Of a DNA stretch of 64,000 bases, positions 9,445 through 20,800 are shown in pieces (within the stretch, counting starts at the first letter, position 1; every line of letters starts with the position of its first letter). The notes under the pieces are model-generated. The model was given only the letters and a program-made list of their open reading frames with translations. It did no database searches and was not told the DNA's origin. The stretch is from IMG/VR virus record IMGVR_UViG_3300025101_000019, positions 32,001-96,000 of that record, one strand, 5' to 3'. The DNA is from a virus. The position numbers were made by a program, and so were the translations under genes.

Positions 9445-12400
9445 CTATAAATATGAAACTTTTGAGAACCCACGAACTTTACTGATATCTATTATTTGGT
9501 CTACCATGTCTCTCGTTTTGTCAATATGACTTATTGTTACAATAAAATCAAATTGTGTCTTAAGGTAATCAAATAATAAATATAGAGAATTAAAGTTATC
9601 AGTATCTAAAGAACCGAATCCTTCGTCAATGGCGATAAAGTTTGGTCTTGGTAAATTAGATACATTTATTAACGCAGTTCTTATTGCGATAGAAGATATA
9701 AACTTTTCCATACCACTTGTTAATTCAAGAGGCCAGTATTCATCAGTACCATATGCGATATATGAATTGATGTTTTTACCATCTGTATTTAGTAATACTT
9801 GGAAGTCTACTATCGGTTGTAGTATGTTGTTTATTTCTATTTCTAATTTTGGTAATACTTCGGATATTAGTTGATACGGAATTCCATCTCGTCTAACACA
9901 CTTAAGATAAAACTCATATCCATCGTACTTGATTTCCATATCACGAAGTTTTTCTATTGATTCATTAACTTGTTGTATAGACTTTTCTGCTAATTTTATA
10001 TCAGAGTTAATCGACATTACTTCTTCGTTAACCTCGGATATTTTGTCTTTTAAACTTTCTCGTGTGTTTTTAAAAGAATCAATTCTTTCATTTACTAGCT
10101 TGTTGTGCTCAACTGCTTGTTGTTGCTTATTTGCTTTGTCAATTGTTTTAGATAAAGTCTGTATTTCGGAGTTGTATTTATCTACTAACTTAATACACTC
10201 ATCATAAACCTTTGTTGCATCTAACCACTCTTTACCCAAATCCAATTGTTCATCTACCAAGGATTCATAGTCTTGTAGTTGATTTCTAACATCAAAGTCA
10301 TTTCGGTCTTCTAATACTTTTATTTTAGTTTTAATTAACTTTTCATATTTTGTATTTTGACTCTTAATGTCTTTCTGTAATTGTTCTGCTTGTTTGGCGA
10401 ATGGTGTATTTTTATTCTGTACACAATGTTCACAATTGTCGTCAAAGGTTAATTGCCCAATACCATCTAAGTGAGACCTCATATGTTTTAAGTCTAACTC
10501 AATGGTCTGAGATTGTTTTTCTAAATCATTAAATTTTACATTTAAAGTTTCATACTTAATATTCTTACCTTTAAGTTCTTTGATATTTAATTTCTTTAAT
10601 TTAGATTCTATATCTTTTTGTTTGGCTTCGATATCATTAATCTGTAATTTATTGAAATCACATTCTGAGTTTTGATTGTCTAAAAGAACTTTGACCTCGT
10701 CTAACTTAGATTCTAAGGTTTCTATATCACCGATATCCTCGACTGGTTTTAAAGTTCTCATTTCAAACTCCATTTTCATATTGGTGTTATCTAACTTTAA
10801 TTCGAGTTCATCTTTTCTTTCTTGTAACTCATCTAAAGAACCTGTGATTGATGTTAGAGATTGTTCTGCTTCAATTAACTGACTTGGAAAGTCTTCTTTC
10901 TTATATTCTCTAAGTAATGTGTTTAACTCTCTAATCTCTTCACTTGCTATCGCCCATAAATCTTCGAATACATCCATATCCAAAAATTGTGCTAATAGTT
11001 CTTTTCTTTCCTTTTGAGATTTTTCTATGAACCCACTACTATTAGATTGTGTTGACATCGCAGTTAAAACAAAGTCTTCATATGTTCCAATGTACTCACG
11101 AATGATTGCGTTGGTCTCTCTTCTTTGTTCACCATTAAGTGATTGTCTTTCACCATCTACAATACGATAAAACTCCACATCAACTTTTACAGTTCCTCTT
11201 TTTGGACTTTTCTTTGCTTTTCGTTCTATAAAGTATTGTACATTATTTAATTCAAATTGGAACTTACAATCAAATCCCATTTTAGAATAGTTTAGAACAT
11301 CCTCTGCTCTGATTGTCCTTGAACATTTATCAAACATACAAAAAGACAATGCGTCCCATAGAGTTGACTTACCACTTGCGTTTGGTGCGAAGATTCCATA
11401 TGCACCTTTCATGTTTGTAAAGTCAATTACATTGTTAGTTCCATATGAGAACATATTAGAAAACTCAAATCTTCTTGGAATCCAAGTTGAATTACTAATA
11501 ACATTATGTTTACCAAGTTTATCGTTTATGTCATTATTAATCTGAGTAACTACTTCAAGTTGTTCTTTTGTAAGATGGTCAGTCTCTTCTAAATATTCAG
11601 AAATTAATTTGTTTTGAAATCCTGTATCTCTTACATTTTGTAAAACTATTGATTGGTGTTCTACATCTCTTTTTCGAGTAAGAACTTTCTGTACTGTTAG
11701 TTCTTGAACATCCCTACCTTTTTTTATTTCTGCTATAAGTTTGTTTAGTTGTGATGTCTTAGTATCTTTTACCCTTACTCTTATTCTTGGTTTATTTGGA
11801 ATGTAGTTATCAGATACTATCTTACCATTCTCAATATCAATAGTAACATAACCATAATCATTGTGAACTTCGATAAACTTACTTTGTAAAGTTTCCATGT
11901 CCCAAACTAAAATACCATGCTTTGGATATTTAGCCTCACCATGATTTTGAACTATAAGAGAACCTGGATATTTTATATGTGAATTACCCATTACTGAATT
12001 ATTAGGTTTATGAATATCACCTAATAAAACTAAATCAAAATCAGTAAAGTGAGATACTTTAACATTTTTGTTTTGAATCACAAATCCATGTTCCGTTTCT
12101 ATATTATCTACGGGGCCATGGAATACACCAATTCTACCATTATTCTTTTTATAGTCTTTTGCTTGTGGGAATCCTTCAGAAGTATCCCATATTGATTTAT
12201 GTATAAATGTATAACCACCAATACCATAACCACCTGTATCTCTTAGGTAGTAAAGGTTTTTGTGGTCTAATGCTTTCATGATTGGACTGAGTGCATCAAG
12301 TCTTGATGTGTTGTTTAGATTTGCATCGTGATTACCAGGAATTACAATAGTTGGTAATAAGTCTGCTAACTTACAAAAGAATTCTTGAGTTAAATCTACA

Positions 12401-12615
12401 ACCTCAGGTGACATATCTGTTTTTGCGTGAACAATATCACCTGCAATATAGATGATATCATTTTCACCCATAGTAGATAATATGTGTCCGTACAATTGTG
12501 AGAATACCTCACGATACTCTTTATGTCTTTTTAGATTTCTAATATGAACATCGGCAATATGATATATCTTATCAATTTTCTCAACACCGATGTCGATGTA
12601 TTTTATTTTTCTCAT
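9445..12615 (-). CDS. Mre11/SbcD nuclease - Rad50/SbcC ATPase fusion
   Basis: N-terminal DVH, GD, GNHD, GDIH phosphoesterase motifs; Walker A APNASGKS; coiled coil with CEHC zinc hook; TSGMEK signature; Walker B IDEGFGSLD; H-loop ISH. Confidence 0.92.
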   Translation of the reverse strand: MRKIKYIDIGVEKIDKIYHIADVHIRNLKRHKEYREVFSQLYGHILSTMGENDIIYIAGDIVHAKTDMSPEVVDLTQEFFCKLADLLPTIVIPGNHDANLNNTSRLDALSPIMKALDHKNLYYLRDTGGYGIGGYTFIHKSIWDTSEGFPQAKDYKKNNGRIGVFHGPVDNIETEHGFVIQNKNVKVSHFTDFDLVLLGDIHKPNNSVMGNSHIKYPGSLIVQNHGEAKYPKHGILVWDMETLQSKFIEVHNDYGYVTIDIENGKIVSDNYIPNKPRIRVRVKDTKTSQLNKLIAEIKKGRDVQELTVQKVLTRKRDVEHQSIVLQNVRDTGFQNKLISEYLEETDHLTKEQLEVVTQINNDINDKLGKHNVISNSTWIPRRFEFSNMFSYGTNNVIDFTNMKGAYGIFAPNASGKSTLWDALSFCMFDKCSRTIRAEDVLNYSKMGFDCKFQFELNNVQYFIERKAKKSPKRGTVKVDVEFYRIVDGERQSLNGEQRRETNAIIREYIGTYEDFVLTAMSTQSNSSGFIEKSQKERKELLAQFLDMDVFEDLWAIASEEIRELNTLLREYKKEDFPSQLIEAEQSLTSITGSLDELQERKDELELKLDNTNMKMEFEMRTLKPVEDIGDIETLESKLDEVKVLLDNQNSECDFNKLQINDIEAKQKDIESKLKKLNIKELKGKNIKYETLNVKFNDLEKQSQTIELDLKHMRSHLDGIGQLTFDDNCEHCVQNKNTPFAKQAEQLQKDIKSQNTKYEKLIKTKIKVLEDRNDFDVRNQLQDYESLVDEQLDLGKEWLDATKVYDECIKLVDKYNSEIQTLSKTIDKANKQQQAVEHNKLVNERIDSFKNTRESLKDKISEVNEEVMSINSDIKLAEKSIQQVNESIEKLRDMEIKYDGYEFYLKCVRRDGIPYQLISEVLPKLEIEINNILQPIVDFQVLLNTDGKNINSYIAYGTDEYWPLELTSGMEKFISSIAIRTALINVSNLPRPNFIAIDEGFGSLDTDNFNSLYLLFDYLKTQFDFIVTISHIDKTRDMVDQIIDISKVRGFSKVSYL

Positions 12616-13547
12616 ACATTAAAAAGCTGATACTCCATTAACTTTCTTAAGTCTAATGATGGTGTATCATAAATTTTTTGGTTTATATTTTCATAACCCA
12701 TATCGGATGCGTCTTCCTCACCCATATCAACCAAATGCGTATCTATCCCATACGACATAAACTTCTTTGAAAGACCTATGGCATTAGATAGAGCATCGGA
12801 ATCTAAACAAATATACAACTTTTTTACTTTATTTGCAACTATTTTCTTTTCTAATTCCGATTGGATTGATTTTCCGAATAATGGTATTGCGTTTCTTCGT
12901 ATTGCGATTGCGTCAAACGCCCCCTCACATAATACCAATGGTGTATCCCAATTTATTAAAAGGTCAAACCCTATAATGTTTTTAGATACCTTTGGATTCT
13001 TATGTTTAAATTTGCTTTGATAGAATGACCTACCTACAAAAAAGTTTAGCCGCCCTCTGTCATCATACGATGGTATAATAATCTTATCTTCATATTCTCC
13101 TGTTTCACAATATCCAATATTGTATTTAATTATATCTTCGGGTCTCAATCCCCGTTTTAACAAATAATTTAATGCGTGTTTATACTTGAAAGAATCTGAC
13201 TTCTTATAAAGTGGTTTAAATTCCTTTGGTAATTCTACTTGCTCTACGATAGTATCAGTTTGATAATCTGAATTGTATCGATTTACCCTGCTGAATATAC
13301 TATTGTACTCATCCCATGTTGATTTGGATACACGAAGTTTCTTGAATAAGGTTTTAATTGTACGACCCTTTTCATCCGATATCCAACAATGCCATGGATT
13401 CTTACCATCAGAAGTAATTTTAATATTTACTTCTAACTTGGGTTTATAGTGGTCAACAAATGGTGAGTAAAACGCATAGTTATCACCTGATGTTCTCTTG
13501 GATTTACCAAGAACGGACTCCAATAATTGCAGTAGTCTATCTTCCAT
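12612..13547 (-). CDS. DNA primase (DnaG/TOPRIM type)
   Basis: IIIPSYD..GRLNFFVGR; TOPRIM CEGAFDA and CLDSDA; DASD. Confidence 0.85.
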   Translation of the reverse strand: MEDRLLQLLESVLGKSKRTSGDNYAFYSPFVDHYKPKLEVNIKITSDGKNPWHCWISDEKGRTIKTLFKKLRVSKSTWDEYNSIFSRVNRYNSDYQTDTIVEQVELPKEFKPLYKKSDSFKYKHALNYLLKRGLRPEDIIKYNIGYCETGEYEDKIIIPSYDDRGRLNFFVGRSFYQSKFKHKNPKVSKNIIGFDLLINWDTPLVLCEGAFDAIAIRRNAIPLFGKSIQSELEKKIVANKVKKLYICLDSDALSNAIGLSKKFMSYGIDTHLVDMGEEDASDMGYENINQKIYDTPSLDLRKLMEYQLFNV

Positions 13548-13563
13548 TTAATATAAAGTTACC

Positions 13564-13594
13564 TTAATATACGAAATTATTTCGAGAATGCAAA
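13564..13594 (-). promoter_or_regulatory. Bacteroidota sigma-A-type promoter for primase
   Basis: TTTG-N19-TATATTAA on the minus strand. Confidence 0.6.
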
Positions 13595-14011
13595 GAAATT
13601 TTGTGAAGGTTTTTCATCTATCCATTCTTGTGGGATTTCCTTCTTTGCCCATTTGAACCCATTCTTCTCACACCACTCGGCGTAAGTAGTTTTAGAACCT
13701 TTGTATATTTTACCATTCGGTGATTGTAATACAAACCTTAAATCCATCTCTGGATTTTGTTCTTTTATTAATAAATGTTTTTTTCTATCTTCAGGTAAAA
13801 ACCACCCTTTCGATTCTATATAGATTCCATTTGGTAATTTAAAATCTGGTTTGTAAGTATGGTGTGTTGCTGGTATTGTATATGATACTTCGTGTTTTTC
13901 ATATTCACCATCGATACCTTGAGCTTGAAGTTGTTCATCAATTCGTGTCTCAAGGCCGGACTTATGTCCTTTTTGTTTTTGGATGTGACTCCAATTGCCT
14001 TTTTTATTCAT
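13577..14011 (-). CDS. T7 endonuclease I-like Holliday junction resolvase
   Basis: KSGLE, YKPDF.LPNGIYIESKG, DRKKHLLIKEQNP, TTYAEWCEKNGF. Confidence 0.9.
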   Translation of the reverse strand: MNKKGNWSHIQKQKGHKSGLETRIDEQLQAQGIDGEYEKHEVSYTIPATHHTYKPDFKLPNGIYIESKGWFLPEDRKKHLLIKEQNPEMDLRFVLQSPNGKIYKGSKTTYAEWCEKNGFKWAKKEIPQEWIDEKPSQNFFAFSK

Positions 14012-14013
14012 AA

Positions 14014-15735
14014 CTATTCAAAATCTAATCGAACATCAATCGTTACATCAACATCTTGTCGTTTCTTTAATGGCGAACCTAATTTACCTATTGCGAGTAA
14101 ATCACCCGTATCATTGTATAAACCTACTGATGTTATATATGGTCTGAAATCTGACCCTGTTACAAACGCTTTTAATTCGTGATTATCTTCTGTACCACCT
14201 TTTCTTAAAGTGTTATTTTGTGATACATTATATTCATTTTTTCCAATCTCACATAATATGGATTGCATTTCTATTTTCTTTGTTGACTTATATGTAAACT
14301 CGTATCCCTTGTTTGTATAATCAAAGTCACCATTTCCTAAGAAACAATTTTGATATTTGGGTCTTGGGTCTGTTACTACTATTATTCCTTTTTGATAATA
14401 TACATAACCAACATCTCGTGTTTGATATGCCGACCCACTTATCACATGATTGTTTGATAAAGAACCTACATGCGCAGGTGTTAAATGTCTATTATAAATT
14501 CTAACCTCATCTACTGACCCACTTGTTCCTGTGAATTTTCTTAATCCCCCATTGTCACACATTATAGTAATATCAGCTTCATTTGCAAATGTTCGTCTTG
14601 TTGATGTTTGTACATTTCCAACTAAAGTACCATCTATATAAAAGTTAAATCTATTCTGAGATGCTACCTTGGAATTGTTATGAGTTACTATAATATTATG
14701 CCAGTTATTATCATTATACTTTGTAGATGAACTTAAAGTCATTATAGGTTTTTTGTCTTCCCTACCATCACTGTACTGAAAAACTATCTGTCCGTTTTTT
14801 GCACCTGCCGTTTGATTGTGTACACTAATATCAAATGGGAATTGTCCATCTGTTGAAGTATCTAATCGTCTCGTCATTGACGGGTCGGTTGAATACGGGT
14901 CTACTTTTTGATTTGATTTCTTTATAAGAGTATTAGTAGTATTATCTGTAAAAGATTGACTTGGTGGTAACTTTACCCATAAAGAAATACCAAAGTCATT
15001 TTGTGGTGTAAAGAAAGTATAATAGGAAGTTCCCATTGTTGAGTATAAATGGGATTGTTGTGTCATATGTACACCATACCCACTTGAACTAACTTCTCCT
15101 GTTGTAGTAATACCAGGAACAACTTTTGCTTTACTTATGTAAACATCTCTTCCATCAGGCCCATCGTCTTTAGACTTTTTATAAAATGTATTAAATGTAC
15201 CATCTTGAAATCCTAAGTAAAACTTTAAATTCTTTTTAGGTACAAAGTTAGTATCGTCTATTACTGTATCTCGTAGGATACCACATTCGTTTGTATGTTT
15301 TGATTCACTTAAGAATAAAGAAGCAGATGCGGCTAATTTAGAATGGTCTGTTACTGTTACTGAACCTGGCTTTATTCCCAACCCAAATTTATTTTGAGGT
15401 ATCGATATAATAGATGCCGTTGGGTGTAACAAGTGACCACCATGTCCATGTTTAAAACATGAGGTATTAATAGTGTCCCACATAATTTTCTGTGGAATCT
15501 TATTCATAACAGGAACTACTGCTCTTGATTGAGTAAGTAAGTCACTATCAAATTGTATACCTTGATGTTTAGATTCAGAAACTTCTGTTCGAATACCATT
15601 TGGTGATATTGCTCTAAATGTAGATATTTCAAAAGATGATGAATGATTAGTATCAGTCACCACATAATTTTTATATGCCGTATAGGGATACTTGGTTATC
15701 CCTTGGTTGAATATCCTTTTGAAAACTTGACTCAT
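14014..15735 (-). CDS. Virion/baseplate protein with LamG-like domain
   Basis: ISLWVK, NDNNWHNI, FYIDG, GSVDEVRIYNRHL. C-terminal PYITSVGLYND..LLAIGKL shared with the next gene. Confidence 0.7.
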   Translation of the reverse strand: MSQVFKRIFNQGITKYPYTAYKNYVVTDTNHSSSFEISTFRAISPNGIRTEVSESKHQGIQFDSDLLTQSRAVVPVMNKIPQKIMWDTINTSCFKHGHGGHLLHPTASIISIPQNKFGLGIKPGSVTVTDHSKLAASASLFLSESKHTNECGILRDTVIDDTNFVPKKNLKFYLGFQDGTFNTFYKKSKDDGPDGRDVYISKAKVVPGITTTGEVSSSGYGVHMTQQSHLYSTMGTSYYTFFTPQNDFGISLWVKLPPSQSFTDNTTNTLIKKSNQKVDPYSTDPSMTRRLDTSTDGQFPFDISVHNQTAGAKNGQIVFQYSDGREDKKPIMTLSSSTKYNDNNWHNIIVTHNNSKVASQNRFNFYIDGTLVGNVQTSTRRTFANEADITIMCDNGGLRKFTGTSGSVDEVRIYNRHLTPAHVGSLSNNHVISGSAYQTRDVGYVYYQKGIIVVTDPRPKYQNCFLGNGDFDYTNKGYEFTYKSTKKIEMQSILCEIGKNEYNVSQNNTLRKGGTEDNHELKAFVTGSDFRPYITSVGLYNDTGDLLAIGKLGSPLKKRQDVDVTIDVRLDFE

Positions 15736-15749
15736 ACTTCATCGCTTTA

Positions 15750-17093
15750 TTAGAAATCTAATTTAACTTTTATTAAAATTTCATTAGAGAAAGATTTCAA
15801 TAGAGGTTTAGAAAGTTTAGCAATTGCCAACAACGCGTTGTCGTTATTATATAAACCAACACTTGTGATATAAGTTTTAGGGTCACCAATATAAGTAGTT
15901 TGTGCTAACTTACCTTCTGAACCTGAAATATATGTTGGGTTATTACTAAAGTTATACTCTGCATTTTTAGCTCTAACAAAATAAAATGTAGACTTTATCT
16001 CTTCTTCATTTCTTGCTTGGAATCCGTTTGCAGCATCTGCAGCCGCAGCCCCACTAATTGCGGTAAACAATCTATTGTGGTTTTGATTATCTGCTTGTGT
16101 TCTAACTGTTCCTAAAGATGCTGATGTGTCAAGTAATGCTGCACTTAATACAATGATACCATGTTGTGGATAAACTTCACCAAATACTCTACTTGAGTTT
16201 TGAATACCATTTAGTAAAGAACCACTTACAATATTGTATTTAGTTTGTCTTGCGTTACCTGATTGGTCTCTATCACCACTATCGTCAATTAACCTTAACA
16301 TATCGTTTCCGCCAGAACCTGAGATACATAGTTCCCAATTTCCAGGGTCAAGTCTATCTTTTAATCTTGCTCTGTTTATTGCGATTGCGTAGACATCGTT
16401 TTGGTTCGTGTCATTAAATCTAAAGAACTTTTGAGAAGATGGTAATAAGACTTGTTGTAGTTGTGAGTAAATCGCTGATGAAGGTGAATCTTCATTCGTT
16501 CCTGCTGACCCACTACCAGCGTAGTGACCATATGAGATTGAGAACTGAGGTTCGTTTGTTGATACAGTCGGGTCGCCATTATAGATTTCATAATAATATG
16601 CTTTTTGAGTAGCTGATTGAAATGATGATGTATGGAATACTGTTAGTTCTCCACTATTACCACTCCACAATCCTCGTGTTACTCTTTTAGTCCCACCTTC
16701 TACAATGTCTTCATTTGTAAATGCGGTATATACTTTACCACTACCGAAGTCGTATGCACCTGCTCCGATTACTGGTGTTGTGTTATTTTGGTTGTCGTCT
16801 CTTACTATATCTACAACGGGGTCTGTAACTACTACTGAACCACCACCTGTGTTTCCACTTGTTACACCGACAGATACGGATGAACCACCGCCACCGCCGC
16901 CTCCATTTTGCATGAGGACATTACCACCGAGGCCGAGGTTACCATAATAAGGTTGGTCTCCACCCATACCGAAGTTACCAAAACCACCACCATATCCTAA
17001 CATTCCGTCAAATGCTGATGTGTTTCCACCGAGTAAACTACTGCCACCTAAGTTGTTACCAAAACCACCACCATAAAAATTTAATAATGCCAT
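15750..17093 (-). CDS. Virion/baseplate structural protein with Gly-rich N-terminus
   Basis: C-terminal YITSVGLYNNDNALLAIAKLSKPL (tail-collar/fibre-attachment-like motif); structural gene context. Confidence 0.65.
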   Translation of the reverse strand: MALLNFYGGGFGNNLGGSSLLGGNTSAFDGMLGYGGGFGNFGMGGDQPYYGNLGLGGNVLMQNGGGGGGGSSVSVGVTSGNTGGGSVVVTDPVVDIVRDDNQNNTTPVIGAGAYDFGSGKVYTAFTNEDIVEGGTKRVTRGLWSGNSGELTVFHTSSFQSATQKAYYYEIYNGDPTVSTNEPQFSISYGHYAGSGSAGTNEDSPSSAIYSQLQQVLLPSSQKFFRFNDTNQNDVYAIAINRARLKDRLDPGNWELCISGSGGNDMLRLIDDSGDRDQSGNARQTKYNIVSGSLLNGIQNSSRVFGEVYPQHGIIVLSAALLDTSASLGTVRTQADNQNHNRLFTAISGAAAADAANGFQARNEEEIKSTFYFVRAKNAEYNFSNNPTYISGSEGKLAQTTYIGDPKTYITSVGLYNNDNALLAIAKLSKPLLKSFSNEILIKVKLDF

Positions 17094-17104
17094 AATTTAT
17101 TCCT

Positions 17105-17749
17105 CTATGCGTTTGATGTTACTTTAGGCGTTACCGTTACATCAATCTCAGCTCTACCACCTGTTTCATTACCAATGATAACAATTCTTGTAGAAGTTGT
17201 TTGATTGATTGGTAAGTTTGTAGTTGGTTGAAATTGAAATGCAGTTCCTGTTACAGAAATTGCTTTTGCGGTTGCGTAAGTGTTAATATTAATAATTGCA
17301 GATTGTTTACCAGGTACTGCCCCTAATCCTGCGATAGTACCGACATCACTATTTAATAGTATTGCAGTATATCCTAAGTTTTCATTACCACCATTTTTAG
17401 TTGTTACATTGATTGGTACAAGAATACTTTCCTCACTAACATTAATCGATGTGATAGATGTTTCTAAGAAAGGTAACTTAATAGTACTCTTTGGTAATGA
17501 TAATAATTTATATTTCATTAGATATGATTCATCAGTAATTGCCTCTAACACAGGCATATTCTCTATAACGATACCATAAAAATCACTACCTAATGAGTGT
17601 GCTGGATTCCAAAGGTCGTAATCAACCTCATCGTCAGCCAATGCAAATTGTGTTATTGCAAATTTGTCTCTGCCTTCAGCTAATAGCTCTCTACCCTTCT
17701 TGGTAAGTATTGCGTCTACTGTTACAGATGAATTATCTAAAAATCCCAT
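17105..17749 (-). CDS. Virion structural protein (baseplate/fibre attachment)
   Basis: AILTKKGRELLA..ITQFALADDEVDY motif; TATTTATA motif upstream. Confidence 0.6.
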   Translation of the reverse strand: MGFLDNSSVTVDAILTKKGRELLAEGRDKFAITQFALADDEVDYDLWNPAHSLGSDFYGIVIENMPVLEAITDESYLMKYKLLSLPKSTIKLPFLETSITSINVSEESILVPINVTTKNGGNENLGYTAILLNSDVGTIAGLGAVPGKQSAIININTYATAKAISVTGTAFQFQPTTNLPINQTTSTRIVIIGNETGGRAEIDVTVTPKVTSNA

Positions 17750-17770
17750 AGTTGTTTCCTCTTTTACTTA

Positions 17771-17778
17771 TATAAATA
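17771..17778 (-). promoter_or_regulatory. Putative late promoter TATTTAT(A), representative copy
   Basis: Also found upstream of genes at 9446, 28297, 33465, 36811, 44917, 54650, 55564 and 63567. Confidence 0.5.
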
Positions 17779-17832
17779 TAGTTTTTTTTATTTTTAAATC
17801 ATTTTTCTAATATGATTCTAATTTTATCTATT

Positions 17833-20800
17833 TTAACCACCTCGGCGATTGTTTCTTATAAACCCACCTAAAGTTGTATTTGGACTTGCAGCCCCTGTTG
17901 AATTAGGATTGGTTTGATTAAAAAATCCACCTTGTTGGTTTGGTCGTTGTTGTCTGCCACGATTTCTGTTTATCATATCATTAGCAGCATTTGTGTTAAT
18001 ACGAACTGCACTACCATTTGGTGTAACTGTCGTGGTTGTTTGTGTACCTCTCGGTCTTGCCCTTACAACAGGGTTTGTTGTACCTAAACCTAAACCAGGT
18101 AAACTTCTAAATATATTATTTTCTAATACAACTGTTTTCCCTTTAGACTTTACCTCATTATTATTGTTACTGAGAATGTGTTGTTTTACACTTACTAAAG
18201 TATCTGGGTCTGCAATTTTAACTGTATCTGGCAAGTCACCTTTAACTTCATCACCTTTTACTACATTATCAGTATTGTATACTAATACATCTGATTCTAC
18301 TTGAGTTACTATAACAACGGGTGAATTATCAGGAGTATCAGGAGATTTGGTTGTCAATGAATCACTTGATATTTTACATCCTTCAAAAAATAAGTTCTTT
18401 AAATTACCTGTTAATCTATCATCTTGAATTTGTGAAAAATGGAATGATGCCGAACTTGCAAATTTAATTCCTAATGAAGCACTAACATCATTAGAATAAA
18501 AATACTTTGGTTCTAATGCGTACCTTGAAGGTCTTGAATTTAAGATTGTTGAACCTGTTGGTGAATATTCCCAATAACCATTTGAACCTGTAAAGTATGC
18601 ACCAGATGCCGTATTAAATAATGCGATGTCGGTGAACTTATATATTGATGGTTTAAATGGGTCTCGTTCAATACTTGAAGTATAAGTTAAGTAAGAACCT
18701 GATACAACATTCAGTACACTAATTCCAGGTGCCTCATATTGATGTTGTGTGTAATCAATATTATCAGGCCTTTTGTAATTGTTTCTTTCAAAGACATGAG
18801 GTTCAATCATTATACCTTTATGCCAATCTGCTCTCGCAGGTACAAGTTGTCTCATACTATCAAAGACAGACATATCATATCTTGACAACATTCCTATTAT
18901 AATATTAAGAGCCGTTCCTCTATTATATTTTTGGAAATAGTTTCTTGCTCTAAAATCTAATAAATCATATCCATCAATATTTCTAACATCAGTATCACCA
19001 ATTAAATCATCAACCTCAAAATATCCTTCAGATGCATAAATATCAAAGTTTACAGTATCAGTTGTTGAAAAGTAAGTTCCTAATAAGTTTGAATCATTTG
19101 GAGCTCTATCGTATTGACTTACTTCATTTGACTTATCTCTTTGTAATGGTCCTTGTAATGATGATGACTCTACCCTTACTTTATTATTACTAAGGTTTAA
19201 GGCGCCTGCTGATGGGATTGATACAAAGTATGTATCAACTTCACCAGAAAGATTATCTGGCTGACCATGTTCATATGACGCTGATAATATAAATCCTCTA
19301 TCTGAAGATGTGAAGTGTTGGTTAGGGTGTCTTGATTGAATTGACCCACTAACATTATTAAATACACTATCAGGGAATATTCTATAAAGAACATTTTCAT
19401 ATGATGTATCTAAGTCTAAATCAGTTGTGTTGGCGTCAGAGTAATATGCTTCTCTATTTGCCGCATGTCCTTCGAGAACCTCGGATGCTAATTTTGTTTT
19501 GTAGTATCTAATCTCTTGAATACTTGCAGTTGAGGTTGTTCCAAGATAAGGCGCCATCAGTTTGTTGTTGTCCGATGAACCACTTGAGTTCCAAATAAAG
19601 TTCCAATTATTATTAGTTGTTGATGCGGTTGCATGAACCAATACATCACCAAAGTCATCTACATATGTAGCTCCTAAATGATATCCACCCGATGCGGATG
19701 AAAATCCTATAACAACATCTCTCTCTTGTATATAAGGGAAGTAGTCTGAACTTACTGATATTATTGGCGAACCACCTCTTAGTCTTACTCTAGCTTTCTT
19801 TGTTGTTTTTTGGTAATCCCAATGTAAGTCAATCTGTCCACCATCTTTTTGATTCAGTCTAAATACCGTATGATTATCTGTTGGAAGTTTACCAACATAC
19901 TCAATAGTCTTTGGTCTAATATTGTTTATAGTATCCCAAATATGTTCACTTCTATTTTTACCATCTAATTGTAATTTGTAAACATATCTATCGTGTTCAT
20001 AAATGTTCTTTTGAGATTCTATTCTTGGACCACCATATTCTCTAATCTTTAAGAATGAACTTGGTATTCCGTATGATGATATTAATGTTTTAAATGAACG
20101 AGCCGTACCTTTTGTCTTGTAAATACCTGGCACATTATTTAACAATCGTCTCCAAGTCTCTTGTACAATTTCTTTAGTTGGTTTAGAATACAACGACCCT
20201 GATTGTTGTGGAGTACCATTTTGGTCAACACCAAATTCATATTGCCATAGGCCTGTATCTGCGTATCCATTGTATAGTTTCCAACCAAATGATTCTGCTA
20301 TTATGGATATTAGGTCATTTGCTAAACCATCTGCCGGGTGTTCTTCTCTTTCATTGATTGTTGTCAATGATTTTATGTAGTTCCAAGAAATGTCAAAATG
20401 TTGTCCTAACATATCTACAAATGTTTGATACTCTTCATTAAGTTTATCATCATTTATATTTACAGGAATAACACTTCTTAATTTTGTTGGGTTTTGGGCG
20501 TCATATAAAGACGCACTTGATAGTGTCTCAGTTAACCACGAAGTACCTTGACTTGATGTACTATGATACAATACATCAGGATTTCTTGTTTCTTTTGGAT
20601 ATGGATTAATAGTAAATGCTGAAGATGAGAAGTGAGTATAAATCTGTGCTTCATGATTGTAATACAACCAATACTCAAAGTCATCGAATGTACCTATAAG
20701 TTCTATCTTTCTTCTGTTAGAAGAAGATATGTTTGTTAATGCCTCAGAACCACTTACATTATTTAATACACCAATTCTTCTATCAAATGCTTCAACTTGT

